DNA of 64,000 nucleotides, taken from assembly GCA_030867685.1 (NCBI GenBank), contig JAQOWU010000008.1, forward strand, positions 2,790,001-2,854,000, read 5' to 3'. Below, piece after piece: positions 11,605-22,635 of this stretch. The stretch's first letter is position 1; every line of letters starts with the position of its first letter. The translations under genes were made by a program, and so were the position numbers. This DNA comes from Wickerhamiella versatilis. Taxonomy: Eukaryota. The notes beneath the pieces were generated by a model that was not told the origin of the DNA, ran no database searches, and was given only the letters and a program-made list of their open reading frames with translations.

Positions 11605-11688
11605 TTGGCAATGAGCAATAGGTGAGGAAAGTCTTGTTGTCATTATATTTAATATTATTTTTGATATAGAGCAGAATTAAAAAAATGT

Positions 11689-13260
11689 CTATCTAGTTCC
11701 TTCATGGCTGTTAAAGATGTTGATTTCTGAATTCGATTTTAAAACGTTGGGCCTCTGCGAAACTCGAATTTCATTAAGATGCTCGAAATAATCTTCGCCT
11801 ACTCCAGTGCAATATTGCCCATTAAAAACACCAACCTCGAAACCAGTCAAGGGCGATTTATAGTGCTCACCATTGCGGGCCGTCTCTGAATTGCGACAAG
11901 CCGCAATGAGATCTTCGAGCTTCTGGTAGAAGAGACCATCACATCCTAGTTCCCGCTTTATTTCTTCTTCGGTACGTCCATGAGCAACAAGGGCCCGGGA
12001 GTCTGCCAAGTCAATGCCGTAAATATGATTGTTCCTGATTGGAGGCGCACAGCTGGCAAAATATACTCGACGAGCTCCTGCCTCCCGGGCCATCTGCACA
12101 ATTTCATAGGACGTCGTCCCACGCACTATCGAATCATCAACAAGCAGAACTGACTTGTCAGTAAATTCGTAAGGGTTTGCGTTCAACTTTCTTCGAACCG
12201 ATGACCTACGTTCTTGTTGATTTGGCATGATAAATGTACGGCCGACATATCTGTTTTTGACAAATCCTTCGCGATATGTTATTTTCAATTGAGCAGAAGT
12301 GGCTAGGGCTGCTGCATTTGCCGTGTCAGGGACAGGGATAACAACGTCAATCGCATCCTTCACTGCTGAAAGAGATCCAAACTGACTTATGATGTTGTCT
12401 GCCAGATTCTTTCCCATTTCCAGACGACTACGATACACCGAAATACCATCAATCACTGAATCTGGTCTTGCAAAATACACATATTCAAAGATGCATGGAG
12501 AGTAAGATTTTGGAGGAACCACTTGAGCCAAGAAAGGTTCACTCTGGTTCTTTGTGACAATTACCGCTTGTCCTGGCAGCACATCCTTTATACCCTTGAA
12601 TCCCAATGCCTGCAAGGCAATATTTTCGGAAGCCATCATCCAGTCACGCCCCGCCGCTGTATCACGATAGCCATAACACAAAGGTCGAATCGCATGTGCA
12701 TCTCTAAATCCAACAATACCGTAGCCTGCTATCATAGCGACACACGCATAGGCACCCTCAGCAATTTCATAGACCCCTCTAAGTGCTTCTACAATGTCAT
12801 CCGGATTAATGCGACGTTTGTTAAATTCTTGAAGTTTGCAAGCAAATGCATTTAGAAGCAACTCACTATCGCTATCAGTGTTGATATGACGATGTACCAC
12901 TTCATCCATATAGCTCTTAAGCTTCTGTGCTGATACCAAGTTGCCGTTGTGGGCCAGGCTCAGTCCATAAGGGCTATTGACGTAAAATGGCTGGGCTTCT
13001 GATGTACTCGATGAACCAGCTGTTGGGTACCTAAGATGGGCAATTCCCATATTTCCAGTCAAATTCTTTATACTGCTAGGAGTGAATACTTCACGAACCA
13101 TTCCGTTGCCCTTACATTGATATAGACGACCTCGAGGTTCGCAAGTCATAATGCCAGCCGCATCCTGACCTCTATGTTGAAGATAATGACATCCTTCAAG
13201 AAGATCGGCTGCAGCAGGGCCGTCATGATCCGCTAGTAAAGTGCCCAGAATGCCACACAT
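11689..13260 (-). CDS. ADE4: Amidophosphoribosyltransferase
   Basis: N-terminal MCGILG (Ntn nucleophile Cys), QHRGQDAAG, FEYVYFARPDS, PRPP-binding VLLVDDSIVRGTT. Confidence 0.97.
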   Translation of the reverse strand: MCGILGTLLADHDGPAAADLLEGCHYLQHRGQDAAGIMTCEPRGRLYQCKGNGMVREVFTPSSIKNLTGNMGIAHLRYPTAGSSSTSEAQPFYVNSPYGLSLAHNGNLVSAQKLKSYMDEVVHRHINTDSDSELLLNAFACKLQEFNKRRINPDDIVEALRGVYEIAEGAYACVAMIAGYGIVGFRDAHAIRPLCYGYRDTAAGRDWMMASENIALQALGFKGIKDVLPGQAVIVTKNQSEPFLAQVVPPKSYSPCIFEYVYFARPDSVIDGISVYRSRLEMGKNLADNIISQFGSLSAVKDAIDVVIPVPDTANAAALATSAQLKITYREGFVKNRYVGRTFIMPNQQERRSSVRRKLNANPYEFTDKSVLLVDDSIVRGTTSYEIVQMAREAGARRVYFASCAPPIRNNHIYGIDLADSRALVAHGRTEEEIKRELGCDGLFYQKLEDLIAACRNSETARNGEHYKSPLTGFEVGVFNGQYCTGVGEDYFEHLNEIRVSQRPNVLKSNSEINIFNSHEGTR

Positions 13261-13998
13261 TCACTCTTGAACTTGCAAGAAAAATTCTTATTACTTAATA
13301 TATGTATTTCCATAACTCCGATAAATACGTATCGGTGGGCACCTTCCAATCAGTTTGTAGAAATTAATTCTAGAAAAAGACAAATAATCTCTCAGGATGA
13401 GTACTTTGATTTTTCCCAGGATATGTTCATCATCTAAAATCAACGCATTGAATATATATATATAAACCATACCTTGATATTCGTCTAAATTGTCGCATTG
13501 TTAATGACTTTCCGTGACTTTTAAAATCAAAAAAAAGATGAGGAAATATCTGGGAAGAAAAAAAAACTACAGCACCTGCCGTTCTCACGTGGTCTCCCAC
13601 CGTAATACTGAATCAGGCTCTCAGCAGCTTATGTATGGCTGATCGGACGGGAAGCCCAGTTACCTGCTGGATATGGCCGTAGCTGTTAATTGTAGTTTTG
13701 CTATCCAATATATAGTGGATTTTTCTTTATGTATTGGTATGATTCTTTTATTACACTAAGTATCATAATTGCAAGATCAATTATTTATTTCCCTACTAGT
13801 TTTGTCCATGTCATAAAACATTATTATTCAAAATAACGGTTTCAATATGACAGGTGTTAAGTTGAAATTATTTGTTGTCATATACTGCATTTCGACGCTT
13901 TGTCTCGCAAAATAAATACTCTGCCTGCCGTTATATACGAGAATACATAAAACATTCTCGCAGACACAAGTTTGACAGCCAGTTTGTCATCACCCCAG

Positions 13999-15021
13999 AT
14001 GAGGAACGAGGACGCGTTAAAGGCGGGCCACCGAGCAGTAATAGCAGGAGCAAATTTTAATAGAGATGCTTCTTGTTTTGCTCTCGCTTATGACAGAGGA
14101 TTCCGTGTATACAATACAGACCCCCTGGAGGTATGGGTGGAGAGGGAATTTGGCGAAGGTGGCCTGGGGATCGCCACAATGCTGGACCGGACAAACTATT
14201 TGGCCTTAGTTGGAGGGGGAGTACGTCCACGGTATCCTGCAAATAAGGTGATTCTGTGGGATGATATGCAGAACAAGGCTGTGCTTACTCTTGAGTTTGT
14301 CCTGCCTGTCTTAAACGTTTTGCTAAGCCGAGAAGTCATTGTGGCAGTCCTAGAACGGCAAGTGCATGTATATAGCTTTGCAAGCCCCCCTCAGCAACTT
14401 GCTAGCTTTGATACTGCAGCTAATCCCAATGGATTGGCTTGTCTTCGGGACGGCATTCTCGCCATGCCAGGACTGGTCGAAGGGCGTGTCGAGCTTGTAG
14501 ACGTGAACAAGCCTAATTGCCCGGTGCGCGGGTTAATAAGGGCACATAAAGGTCCCCTACGATCAATAGCCTTGAGTAACTCGCTGCTGGCCACTGCTTC
14601 TGTGACTGGAACACTCGTGAGGGTATACTCGCTGTCGTCCATGGGACTGCTACATGAGTATAGACGTGGTCTTGATAAGGCAACTGTATGGTCAATGGCA
14701 TTCTCCCCCTCCGGCAATCAGCTCGCAGTGCTCTCTGATAAGTCCACGCTCCACGTTTTTGTATGTGGGGAGACTGTGGACCATAAGGAGAACCGACATC
14801 ATGCGCTGGCTCATGTACCCTTGGCTCCAAGGTACTTCCGTGATGAATGGAGCTCGTTATCATGCCAGGTAAGTGGTCATGGCCGGGGGTTACTAGCGTG
14901 GACTGATGAGAGCAGCATTGTCATCTTGTGGAAAGCTACAAACGTATGGGAGAAGTATGTTGCACTTCAAGATAGCAAAGAGCTTGTTCGTGAGGCACGA
15001 CGTAAAATAGAACTGTGTTAA
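13999..15021 (+). CDS. HSV2: PROPPIN (Atg18/Hsv2/WIPI family) WD-repeat phosphoinositide-binding protein
   Basis: FNRDASCF, NYLALVGGG..P.YPANKVILWDD, ATASVTGTLVRV, YRRG variant of the (F/L)RRG lipid motif; first ATG at 13999. Confidence 0.8.
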   Translation: MRNEDALKAGHRAVIAGANFNRDASCFALAYDRGFRVYNTDPLEVWVEREFGEGGLGIATMLDRTNYLALVGGGVRPRYPANKVILWDDMQNKAVLTLEFVLPVLNVLLSREVIVAVLERQVHVYSFASPPQQLASFDTAANPNGLACLRDGILAMPGLVEGRVELVDVNKPNCPVRGLIRAHKGPLRSIALSNSLLATASVTGTLVRVYSLSSMGLLHEYRRGLDKATVWSMAFSPSGNQLAVLSDKSTLHVFVCGETVDHKENRHHALAHVPLAPRYFRDEWSSLSCQVSGHGRGLLAWTDESSIVILWKATNVWEKYVALQDSKELVREARRKIELC

Positions 15022-15113
15022 GCCGGTTCCTAGCATTAAGTTATTATTTTTTTTTGAATTATGAGCAGTCTATTTTTATTCGTTACATCATAGATATATA
15101 CATATCTGGACTG

Positions 15114-15347
15114 TTAATGTTCAGGGTCAGTATCATAAGTCCGACGTTTTGAGTAGGGTATTGGAATAGGAATAGGAAAAACGGGCTCCCGTGTGAGATC
15201 TGCAAAGAAGTCTTGAACCTTGTCACGCACACGGCGGGGACGCTGATTAGATCCGAAAACTGCGATCTCATCCTGAGAGGACGAAGAATAAGTTGATGAT
15301 AGCGAGGATCCACTGCTCCTGTTTTTCTGAGACGTTATAAAGGTCAT
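15114..15347 (-). CDS. Small hypothetical Ser-rich protein (77 aa)
   Basis: ATG-initiated ORF in an otherwise empty interval; TATA-like TTATATAA about 45 nt upstream; no recognisable family. Confidence 0.45.
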   Translation of the reverse strand: MTFITSQKNRSSGSSLSSTYSSSSQDEIAVFGSNQRPRRVRDKVQDFFADLTREPVFPIPIPIPYSKRRTYDTDPEH

Positions 15348-16367
15348 GATATTCCTTGGAAATTATTTTCTGAAGATTGGTCGCTATTCTTTATATAACC
15401 GTTGAAAAATTACGAGGCTCATGCACCTAACCCTGGGTTGTCATTAGATGCAGTCATCCCTGCACGTGGAAGTCACTATTGCAGGCCGGGGTCTTGGCAA
15501 TTCTGTTAACACATTTTTAGAAAGCTCTCTTTGATAGTCAGACAGAACTTCCCAGCACTGAGATTTAAGAAGCTCTTGGCGTAACACCCTTGATTTTTAA
15601 GAGTGGGGATTCGGATGTTTGCGAGAGCATGTGAATGGATCGCTAATTTGTTAGTTCTACGACTATTTTACATGGCATTGAAGCTGTGGGAATATTGAGA
15701 ATCAGTAAAATACCCACTTTCATACTTCACTAGAATTGCATATCACCCAGTGCTGCTCATGTGTAAAATCATAGAGGTTTTTGAACGAAATACTCTATTG
15801 TCACATGAAATATTTAGATTATGGTGCGTTAGTTTAGTTACATGGCACCTTGTATCTCTATTCTACTACGCAGTGTTATTCACATGATCTATCTTAGAAA
15901 GCAACAAGATCGTGAAGCAAACCTCGGTGATTTCAAGCTCCTCTGCTGATAGTAAAAATATTTCTTGAATGTGGTGATTGTGGGATAGAGTTCAAAATCA
16001 TTTCCTGCATGGAAGGTGGGCGTTGATTCGATTTACCTTGCAAGCTATCATCCTTGAAAAAGGAGACATGTTTTGAAGGTTTACCATTCTTCCTTCTTAA
16101 TAAACTTATGATTTCCATTATAACCTTCAACAATAGCTAAGATTCAAAGTCCTTTTATGGACATCAAGATTTCTGGAGAATGTGCGCACCCTAACCACTA
16201 CGCAGTCACTCGACACTTAGAGGAGAGTGGGCTTTGTCGGCATAGAGGCATTAACTCTTATTAGAAAAAAAACTCGCCAAATATATCTCGTGCAAATATG
16301 CATCGCATCGAATATTCTCCATGTACGTACTTCATATTCATATCATCTCTTCTTCCAATAGCTGGGC

Positions 16368-17276
16368 TCAGTCAACGACCTCACAAAAGACCTTGGATTC
16401 CGAGTAAGGGAATATAGTGTTATGATAATCATTCACAAATCTCTCACACTCTTCTTCACTTCGAAAACGTAGTAAAAATGGGTTACCTCCATATCTCACC
16501 TTGTCAACAGGCACTTTTTCCACTGATAATTTATCACCATCAATCAGATCATAATCCCAAAGAACACGTAAAATCGATAGTTCACTATAGCCATAAGGTA
16601 ATCCAAGAATCAGCGCGTGACAGCGTCGATTCAGCCCCGGTACTTTATCCAGTAGAGGACTATGGAGTCCCCTAATGTTACTTTCAACAAATCTCAATCG
16701 TAAAGGCATACCACACAATTCTGATCCCAAAGTCTCTTGATAATATACCAGTGCAGCATCTTTAGACTCAAATTCTAGGAAGTATCCCATCCACTTTGTC
16801 AAATTAATCGGATTGCGAGCCCTCTTCACCTCGAACTTTATCTCATCAAGCTTGGGATCATAAGATCCAACACGAAGACTCTTATCTGGAAGTAACCTCT
16901 CAAAATCTGTACGTTGGAAGCTCAGGTCAATGCAATACCAGTATAGAATGTTGGTAACTTTGTTGGTATGCAAGAATTTAATTTGACGTCCTAGACCTAT
17001 GTTCTCGAGCTTTTGCTGCCTCAGACGCTGAGTTGTGCCTTTTCCTGGCCCATTATTCCATCCAAATATTTTGCGCATCAGCTTTCCAAGACTGGACCTG
17101 CCGCCTTGGGGCTCCTCCACCATTCGGGGCGGGGGATGGGGCGCTGGCCCATGAGAAGATCGAAGCGCCCCTAGTCTCGGTCCAAATACTTGTCTATGAG
17201 TCTTTTCAGGATGCCTGTCATTGTGATACCGGCGTGGAATGAATGACCGGAAGCCAACCAACCGCTGCCTGAGCAT
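16368..17276 (-). CDS. PET54: Mitochondrial RRM-like RNA-binding protein, Pet54-like translational activator
   Basis: Presequence-like start MLRQRLVGFRSFIPRRY at 17276; blocks DFERLLP, FEVKRARNP, YFLEFES, LWDYDL, RFRSEEECERFVNDYH, SKVFCEVV parallel my recollection of S. cerevisiae Pet54. Confidence 0.6.
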   Translation of the reverse strand: MLRQRLVGFRSFIPRRYHNDRHPEKTHRQVFGPRLGALRSSHGPAPHPPPRMVEEPQGGRSSLGKLMRKIFGWNNGPGKGTTQRLRQQKLENIGLGRQIKFLHTNKVTNILYWYCIDLSFQRTDFERLLPDKSLRVGSYDPKLDEIKFEVKRARNPINLTKWMGYFLEFESKDAALVYYQETLGSELCGMPLRLRFVESNIRGLHSPLLDKVPGLNRRCHALILGLPYGYSELSILRVLWDYDLIDGDKLSVEKVPVDKVRYGGNPFLLRFRSEEECERFVNDYHNTIFPYSESKVFCEVVD

Positions 17277-17967
17277 GGGTAAGGGGATGGGCTCTTCGGC
17301 CTGTGTGGGGCTCCTAGGCTCCTGGTCAATAACAATATGCTGATAAACTTTGATCATCAGGTTGAAGCATAAGCTGTTATATATTTATATCTTCTTTCAT
17401 CATATTCTACGCATAAGTCACAACACGCGTGCTGCTGCTATGTGCTGCAAGGAGCTGGATTGGTACAGTATCGCAAAAACCTTCCTAAATCTGAACTGCC
17501 ATATCAGGCAGCTCTATTGAAAAATTCAAGACGAATGAAATGGTTTTCATGTTGATTCCGTCAGATAGCATTGCCTTGCAGAGCTGCGAACGTCAGAAAT
17601 GATCACTCATTAAGATATGGTCACAACGAGGTTGTACAGCGGATCTAAGAAGTTAAAAGCATGGAATAATACCTATTTACCATGCCGTTTAAGAACGTTT
17701 AAGCATCAAACCTTATAATATTATAGCTGAAATGAATTGGCGTAAGTACGATACTCGATACCGCCTGCGCAAAAAAAAGCTAAAAGTCATCATAATTTTC
17801 AGGGGAAAGTCGAGTATTGTCACGTAAACAATGGCAGCATACCATCGTGAATCTTTATCAGGCATCTTGACCCACGCCCCCAGGGTTACTAAAGCAGCCT
17901 TCCCGCCGCTGGGTGAGTCTAATTGTTGATAGCGGGGATAGAAGCTGCTCAATCGCGGTGTATTGTG

Positions 17968-19698
17968 ATGTCGTCCGATTCACAGACACATACCTTTGAG
18001 CGTCGTTCCAGTGTAGACGCGTTTCCACGTGGCATTTGGGGTAGTCCTGTCGCAAATGGGAGCAACACATATTCCTCCTCATATCCACTCGGGCTGTCAC
18101 ATACTGAAAGTAAAACATTCAGAAGTGGCTCTTTAGCTTGGGGATCTGCTTCAGCTACCACAGAGCGTCGAGTTAGCCATGCTTTGACTGAGCCAGCAGG
18201 GCAGTCGGGTATATGGGAGGGTCCGCGTCGAAAGTCAACTGGTGCTGCATCTTCAGCACCGAATAACCCCCCATTGCTGGCATCATTGATGCCCATGGGA
18301 CAGCCTCAACCCCTCAATTTCACTGCTCCGAGCATATCATTACTTGACCAATTCGCGGGGATTGGCGAGGCAACCCGAACTGCCGAGCTTGCACGAACAG
18401 GTACTGGAGGAGCGAAACAGTCGAACATAGCAGGTCATCAATCTCCTCACACTTCTCCACTGTTGGCGAAATCGAGGTTGAGTATGAGTTCAAGCCCTCC
18501 TCTGATGTCTCCGTCTGGAGCTCGTTCTCCGGCTGCTATACCTGCGACTCTGACGCCGTTGTCAACTCCCACACAGAGAGTACCATTGCAGTCGTCAACG
18601 GTACCATCAGCTCCGTCGTCGCCACCTCGAAAACCGGGTGCTCGGCGAAAAGAATGGCGGCGGAAACGAGGCGAGCCGCCGATTATTGAATCACTACGCA
18701 ACAAGAAGTATCATATCACAATAGAATCGATTTTAGGCAACGTTGCCGATGTGAGTACAGACCAGTATGGCTCTCGTTTTATCCAGGAGCATCTAGCAAG
18801 CGCCTCGGAGGAGGTGCGACATAGATTCTTCGAGGAAACACTGGAGAGTTTGCTGCCTTTAATGACAGATGTATTTGGAAATTACGTTGTACAGCAGCTG
18901 TTTGAGCTCGGACTGCCGGAGCAGCGCTCACAAATGGTGGAGAGAATGTATGGCAACGTGTTGAACTTGAGTTTACAGATGTACGGGTGCCGGGTGGTAC
19001 AAATGGCTTTGAGATACTCGAAGGAACCTGAGAAGTTGTACCTGGCAGGCGAACTACGGGAGCATGTGGCCAAATGTGTTAGGGATCACAATGGCAACCA
19101 CGTTGTACAGAAAGCTGTCGAATATATCTCTCCTGAGCATGTTCAATTCATATACAGCGAGATCATATCGAATGGCTTTGACTTCGCGAAACACACTTAT
19201 GGCTGCAGAGTAGTGCAGCGCATTTTGGAATATGGTGACAAGCAATCCAGAGAACTTCTTCTGGAGCAGTTGAGAGACCATTTCGCGGATCTAGTGGTTG
19301 ACCAGTATGGAAACTACGTGGTCCAGCATATTGTGGAAAATGGCAGTGATGATGACCGCAAGCGAGTGCTTTCCTCTATATTGCCCAACATTGTGCCACT
19401 TTCGCTACATAAATATGCATCAAATGTGGTCGAAAAGTGCTTCTTGCGAGGAAATGCGCGACAGAGATCCGAAATTGTTCAAGAAATTTTGACGGCACCG
19501 TCGCAAGGATCAAACACACCGGCAGTCGTTACGATGATTCGTGATCAATATGCAAACTATGTAATTCAGAAGATTTTAGATGCTGCTCAGGCTGACGACT
19601 ATGCCCGCCTTGCCGCCGCAATCAGACCTCACATTCCAGGCCTGAAACGAAGTTCGTATGGAAAGCATCTAGCATGCATAGAGCGTTTGCTCGCCTGA
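17968..19698 (+). CDS. PUF3: Pumilio-family mRNA-binding protein Puf3
   Basis: Eight PUF repeats with canonical recognition residues (DQYGSRFIQ, DVFGNYVVQ, QMYGCRVVQ, DHNGNHVVQ, HTYGCRVVQ, DQYGNYVVQ, HKYASNVVE, DQYANYVIQ); first ATG at 17968. Confidence 0.88.
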   Translation: MSSDSQTHTFERRSSVDAFPRGIWGSPVANGSNTYSSSYPLGLSHTESKTFRSGSLAWGSASATTERRVSHALTEPAGQSGIWEGPRRKSTGAASSAPNNPPLLASLMPMGQPQPLNFTAPSISLLDQFAGIGEATRTAELARTGTGGAKQSNIAGHQSPHTSPLLAKSRLSMSSSPPLMSPSGARSPAAIPATLTPLSTPTQRVPLQSSTVPSAPSSPPRKPGARRKEWRRKRGEPPIIESLRNKKYHITIESILGNVADVSTDQYGSRFIQEHLASASEEVRHRFFEETLESLLPLMTDVFGNYVVQQLFELGLPEQRSQMVERMYGNVLNLSLQMYGCRVVQMALRYSKEPEKLYLAGELREHVAKCVRDHNGNHVVQKAVEYISPEHVQFIYSEIISNGFDFAKHTYGCRVVQRILEYGDKQSRELLLEQLRDHFADLVVDQYGNYVVQHIVENGSDDDRKRVLSSILPNIVPLSLHKYASNVVEKCFLRGNARQRSEIVQEILTAPSQGSNTPAVVTMIRDQYANYVIQKILDAAQADDYARLAAAIRPHIPGLKRSSYGKHLACIERLLA

Positions 19699-19782
19699 GC
19701 CATGTGTGAATATGTACATGTAAGTAAAGCTAGTAAGATTAATTTATATTGAAATCACAAAGTGTGAACGTAAGCACTCCTC

Positions 19783-20646
19783 ATGTACAAAGCCGCGCTC
19801 CCATATGGTGGCGGTTGGAAAAAGCAGGTTGCAGCTTGGATAGAGGAAGATGTTCCCAGTTTTGACGTCGGGGGACTTGTGGTAGGTAACAAGGTATCAG
19901 AGGCGACAGTCTGGTGCAAATCACCCGGCGTGTTGGCTGGTGTGCCTTTCGCCAACGAGGTATTTCTCCAATGTGGACTCGAGGTTAACTGGCTTGTGGA
20001 CGAAGGCAAAATGTTGGATGCACCTCCTAAACAGGCAGTAGCACGTGTTAAAGGCCCTGTGTGCCAGCTACTTCTGGCAGAACGTACTGCCCTCAACTTA
20101 CTCAGTAGAAGTTCCGGAATTGCCTCACGTAGTCGCTTAATTGTCGATGCAGCTCGAAATTCAGGCTATAAAGGTATGATAGCGGGTACCCGCAAAACTA
20201 CACCCGGCCTGCGTATCGTGGAAAAATACGCCATGGCCGTTGGGGGTGTTGACATGCACCGGTATGACTTAAGTTCCATGGTAATGCTGAAAGATAACCA
20301 TGTCTGGAGTACTGGATCCATTACGAATGCCGTCAAGAATGCTCGGGACTTCGTCGGATTCAGTGTCAAAATTGAAGTGGAATGCCAGTCAGAACAGGAA
20401 GCTGAGGAAGCAATCATTGCTGGCGCAGATGTGGTGATGCTTGACAACTTGACCCCCGAGGGCCTCCATGCTGCTGCTGCATCATTGAAAAAGCGACATG
20501 GCTCGGGTGTGTTGGTGGAATGCAGTGGTGGGTTAACTTTGGAAAATATCTCTGCATTTCTATCGAATGATGTGGACATTTATTCAACGTCTAGTGTTCA
20601 TCAAGGTGTACCTGTGGTTGATTTCAGCATGAAGATTGATCACTAA
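19783..20646 (+). CDS. BNA6: Quinolinate phosphoribosyltransferase (nicotinate-nucleotide pyrophosphorylase)
   Basis: [51 protein letters not shown]. Confidence 0.96.
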   Translation: MYKAALPYGGGWKKQVAAWIEEDVPSFDVGGLVVGNKVSEATVWCKSPGVLAGVPFANEVFLQCGLEVNWLVDEGKMLDAPPKQAVARVKGPVCQLLLAERTALNLLSRSSGIASRSRLIVDAARNSGYKGMIAGTRKTTPGLRIVEKYAMAVGGVDMHRYDLSSMVMLKDNHVWSTGSITNAVKNARDFVGFSVKIEVECQSEQEAEEAIIAGADVVMLDNLTPEGLHAAAASLKKRHGSGVLVECSGGLTLENISAFLSNDVDIYSTSSVHQGVPVVDFSMKIDH

Positions 20647-20808
20647 CCCATGAATTATTTCTGTGCAATCCTATATCAATGAAGGGTCCTGGCCCCAACC
20701 CTTGAGCTATGGTCTATCGTAGTGTCGAATATCAGAATTAGAATTGCATAATTAGAGAATACTCGTTGTCATCACATTCAGCGCATAGCGCCCTATATAA
20801 GTCCTAAA

Positions 20809-21765
20809 TTATTGTAATCCACGTTTCAAACGCAGGCTGTCTCGCTTTCGCTTCGCGACAACATTAAGTATGTCCTGAGATATCTCGCGCTCATCCACCG
20901 CCTGACCAGACACATTGGTCACATTGGTCACATTGGGTGGTGTTTCTGTAAATGGTGAGGCAAGTGACGTTGTTGCTCCAACAGGTAATACACCTACACC
21001 TCCCAATGATTCCCTAAATCTCGAAAAAGATGGTCTCTCTTGATAACGTTCATGGGTGTCCGCGAAATCAAACTCAGCACTTCCATCTGCTTCCCTCGTG
21101 CCATAATCGTCATCAACGATCCCCTCCATGCCTGAATTACCAAAATAGTCGCTTTCAGGGGGGTCTTCTGGTCGATCATTGAACTCCTCCCGCCTGCTAT
21201 AGAGGACTAGGATCCGATGCCTTATGGCAGGAAGTCGGTGGGGAAACAGAACCCGCTGCCTCCTCGCTGCTTTTACTGTATCATGCGCGACACGATGAGT
21301 GATTCCACTTGGGGGAAACTTGCCTGAAAATGGTGCAGACGTAGGATCAGAGGTTACAATGTCAAACGTCTCCATAACTAACGCGTCTTGTTGCTCAGTC
21401 CAGGGGTGCTGTGAGACAGATGCTATGGACTCGTCTTCACTGCTTGCAATGCTTGAAATGCTACCGAGACGATGTTGCGTGAAAGATGCTGGAGGCGGTA
21501 TGGGGGCATCAGGTGTATGCGGAACTGATCCTCCTTGGCTCGGATCACGCGGATCTTGAGTCCATGGGGGAATCTGAATGCTCAGTGGTTCGGCATCCCT
21601 CTGCCTCTGCCAGTTGCCGTATCCCTCCTCGTATGTTGGGCCGAAACCGCCTGTGAATTGGTGATACCGTTGCGGATTGCCCGCCTCATCATTTTTGTCT
21701 ATATAGGCTGAATTCCAGGTATTTTGATGGGGTGGCATATTCCCTGCACCGCTCCCACGTTCCAT
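20809..21765 (-). CDS. Hypothetical fungal protein with a central Myb/SANT-like helical segment
   Basis: 318 aa from ATG 21765; mostly disordered with one ordered block WTEQQDALVMETF...DPTSAPF...PPSGITHRVA...IRHRILVL and a basic C-terminus. Confidence 0.7.
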   Translation of the reverse strand: MERGSGAGNMPPHQNTWNSAYIDKNDEAGNPQRYHQFTGGFGPTYEEGYGNWQRQRDAEPLSIQIPPWTQDPRDPSQGGSVPHTPDAPIPPPASFTQHRLGSISSIASSEDESIASVSQHPWTEQQDALVMETFDIVTSDPTSAPFSGKFPPSGITHRVAHDTVKAARRQRVLFPHRLPAIRHRILVLYSRREEFNDRPEDPPESDYFGNSGMEGIVDDDYGTREADGSAEFDFADTHERYQERPSFSRFRESLGGVGVLPVGATTSLASPFTETPPNVTNVTNVSGQAVDEREISQDILNVVAKRKRDSLRLKRGLQ

Positions 21766-21852
21766 GTACAGTTCTGCAGATGTGATGATCCTTGTGCAGA
21801 TGCGTACACGAAGGGCAAACAACTGTAGGTTATGTAATAATGGTGCTTGAGG

Positions 21853-22635
21853 TTAGGTCTGTAGCTCTGCCCAGAATGCATCATTTTTGATAATGTCACA
21901 ATGAAGAATACGTATTTGTGTTTTCTCGCGGCTTTTTAAACGCCTTTCTGTTTGACGAGAGCTAATCCCAGGCTCTAAAGGTTTGAATGGACGTAATAGT
22001 ACTGTGCCCTTGCGATAAACCTCTGGCTCATTGTTATAGTTAATACCAAACTCAGTGAATAGAATTTCATTTTTATCGCTTGATACTGTTCCTCTTAACC
22101 GCTCTTCTGCCGCAGCAGGACTGTATTTCCCTCTTTCCACGAGAGCCCAAAACGTCGTATTATATAAGTTATTGATATGGCAATCTGCCTGTCGCCAGGA
22201 AAGGTAATCCCTTAAATGTTTGAGAGTGGGATAAACCACCGCACGCCCATCAAATGTAGGTAGGTGATTGGGGTCCAGTGATCTTTGCATTTGCTCTGGA
22301 AAATGATAGAGGTACCAAGCAGTAAACGTCGAGACGACCGTAGAGACCAGTTTAGATTCGCGACGCTCGAATAACTGTGTGGACCGATCAAAGACGAAAG
22401 AGTATTCGTCACTATCACCATATGCTACAATGATATCCTGAACGTTACGGAAAACACCTAATGCGGCAAGAGTCATTGTTTCGAGTGCTCTATGATCGTT
22501 AGGCTTGGAGAAATTATAAAATCTCGATAAGCGGTGGAACGAGCGTCCATCTACGCGTACTAATATGTACGTGTCAGGTAGCAAGTAATTCTCCCGCTCA
22601 AATTCTCTGACATACTCAAACCGAGAGTTGGCCAT
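21853..22635 (-). CDS. THG1: tRNA(His) guanylyltransferase
   Basis: MANSRFEYVREFE, VRVDGRSFH, YGDSDEYSF, FDGRAV, WRQADCHINNLYNT, KNEILF. Confidence 0.96.
   Translation of the reverse strand: MANSRFEYVREFERENYLLPDTYILVRVDGRSFHRLSRFYNFSKPNDHRALETMTLAALGVFRNVQDIIVAYGDSDEYSFVFDRSTQLFERRESKLVSTVVSTFTAWYLYHFPEQMQRSLDPNHLPTFDGRAVVYPTLKHLRDYLSWRQADCHINNLYNTTFWALVERGKYSPAAAEERLRGTVSSDKNEILFTEFGINYNNEPEVYRKGTVLLRPFKPLEPGISSRQTERRLKSREKTQIRILHCDIIKNDAFWAELQT

Noticed and set aside
15933-16133. Short ORF with KHVSF (PP1 RVxF-like) motif
   Set aside because: About 60 codons, weak support; such a short motif is expected by chance
19699-19740. Possible Puf3 autoregulatory element in the PUF3 3' UTR (TGTACATG, TGTAAGTA)
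   Set aside because: Neither matches the UGUANAUA consensus fully
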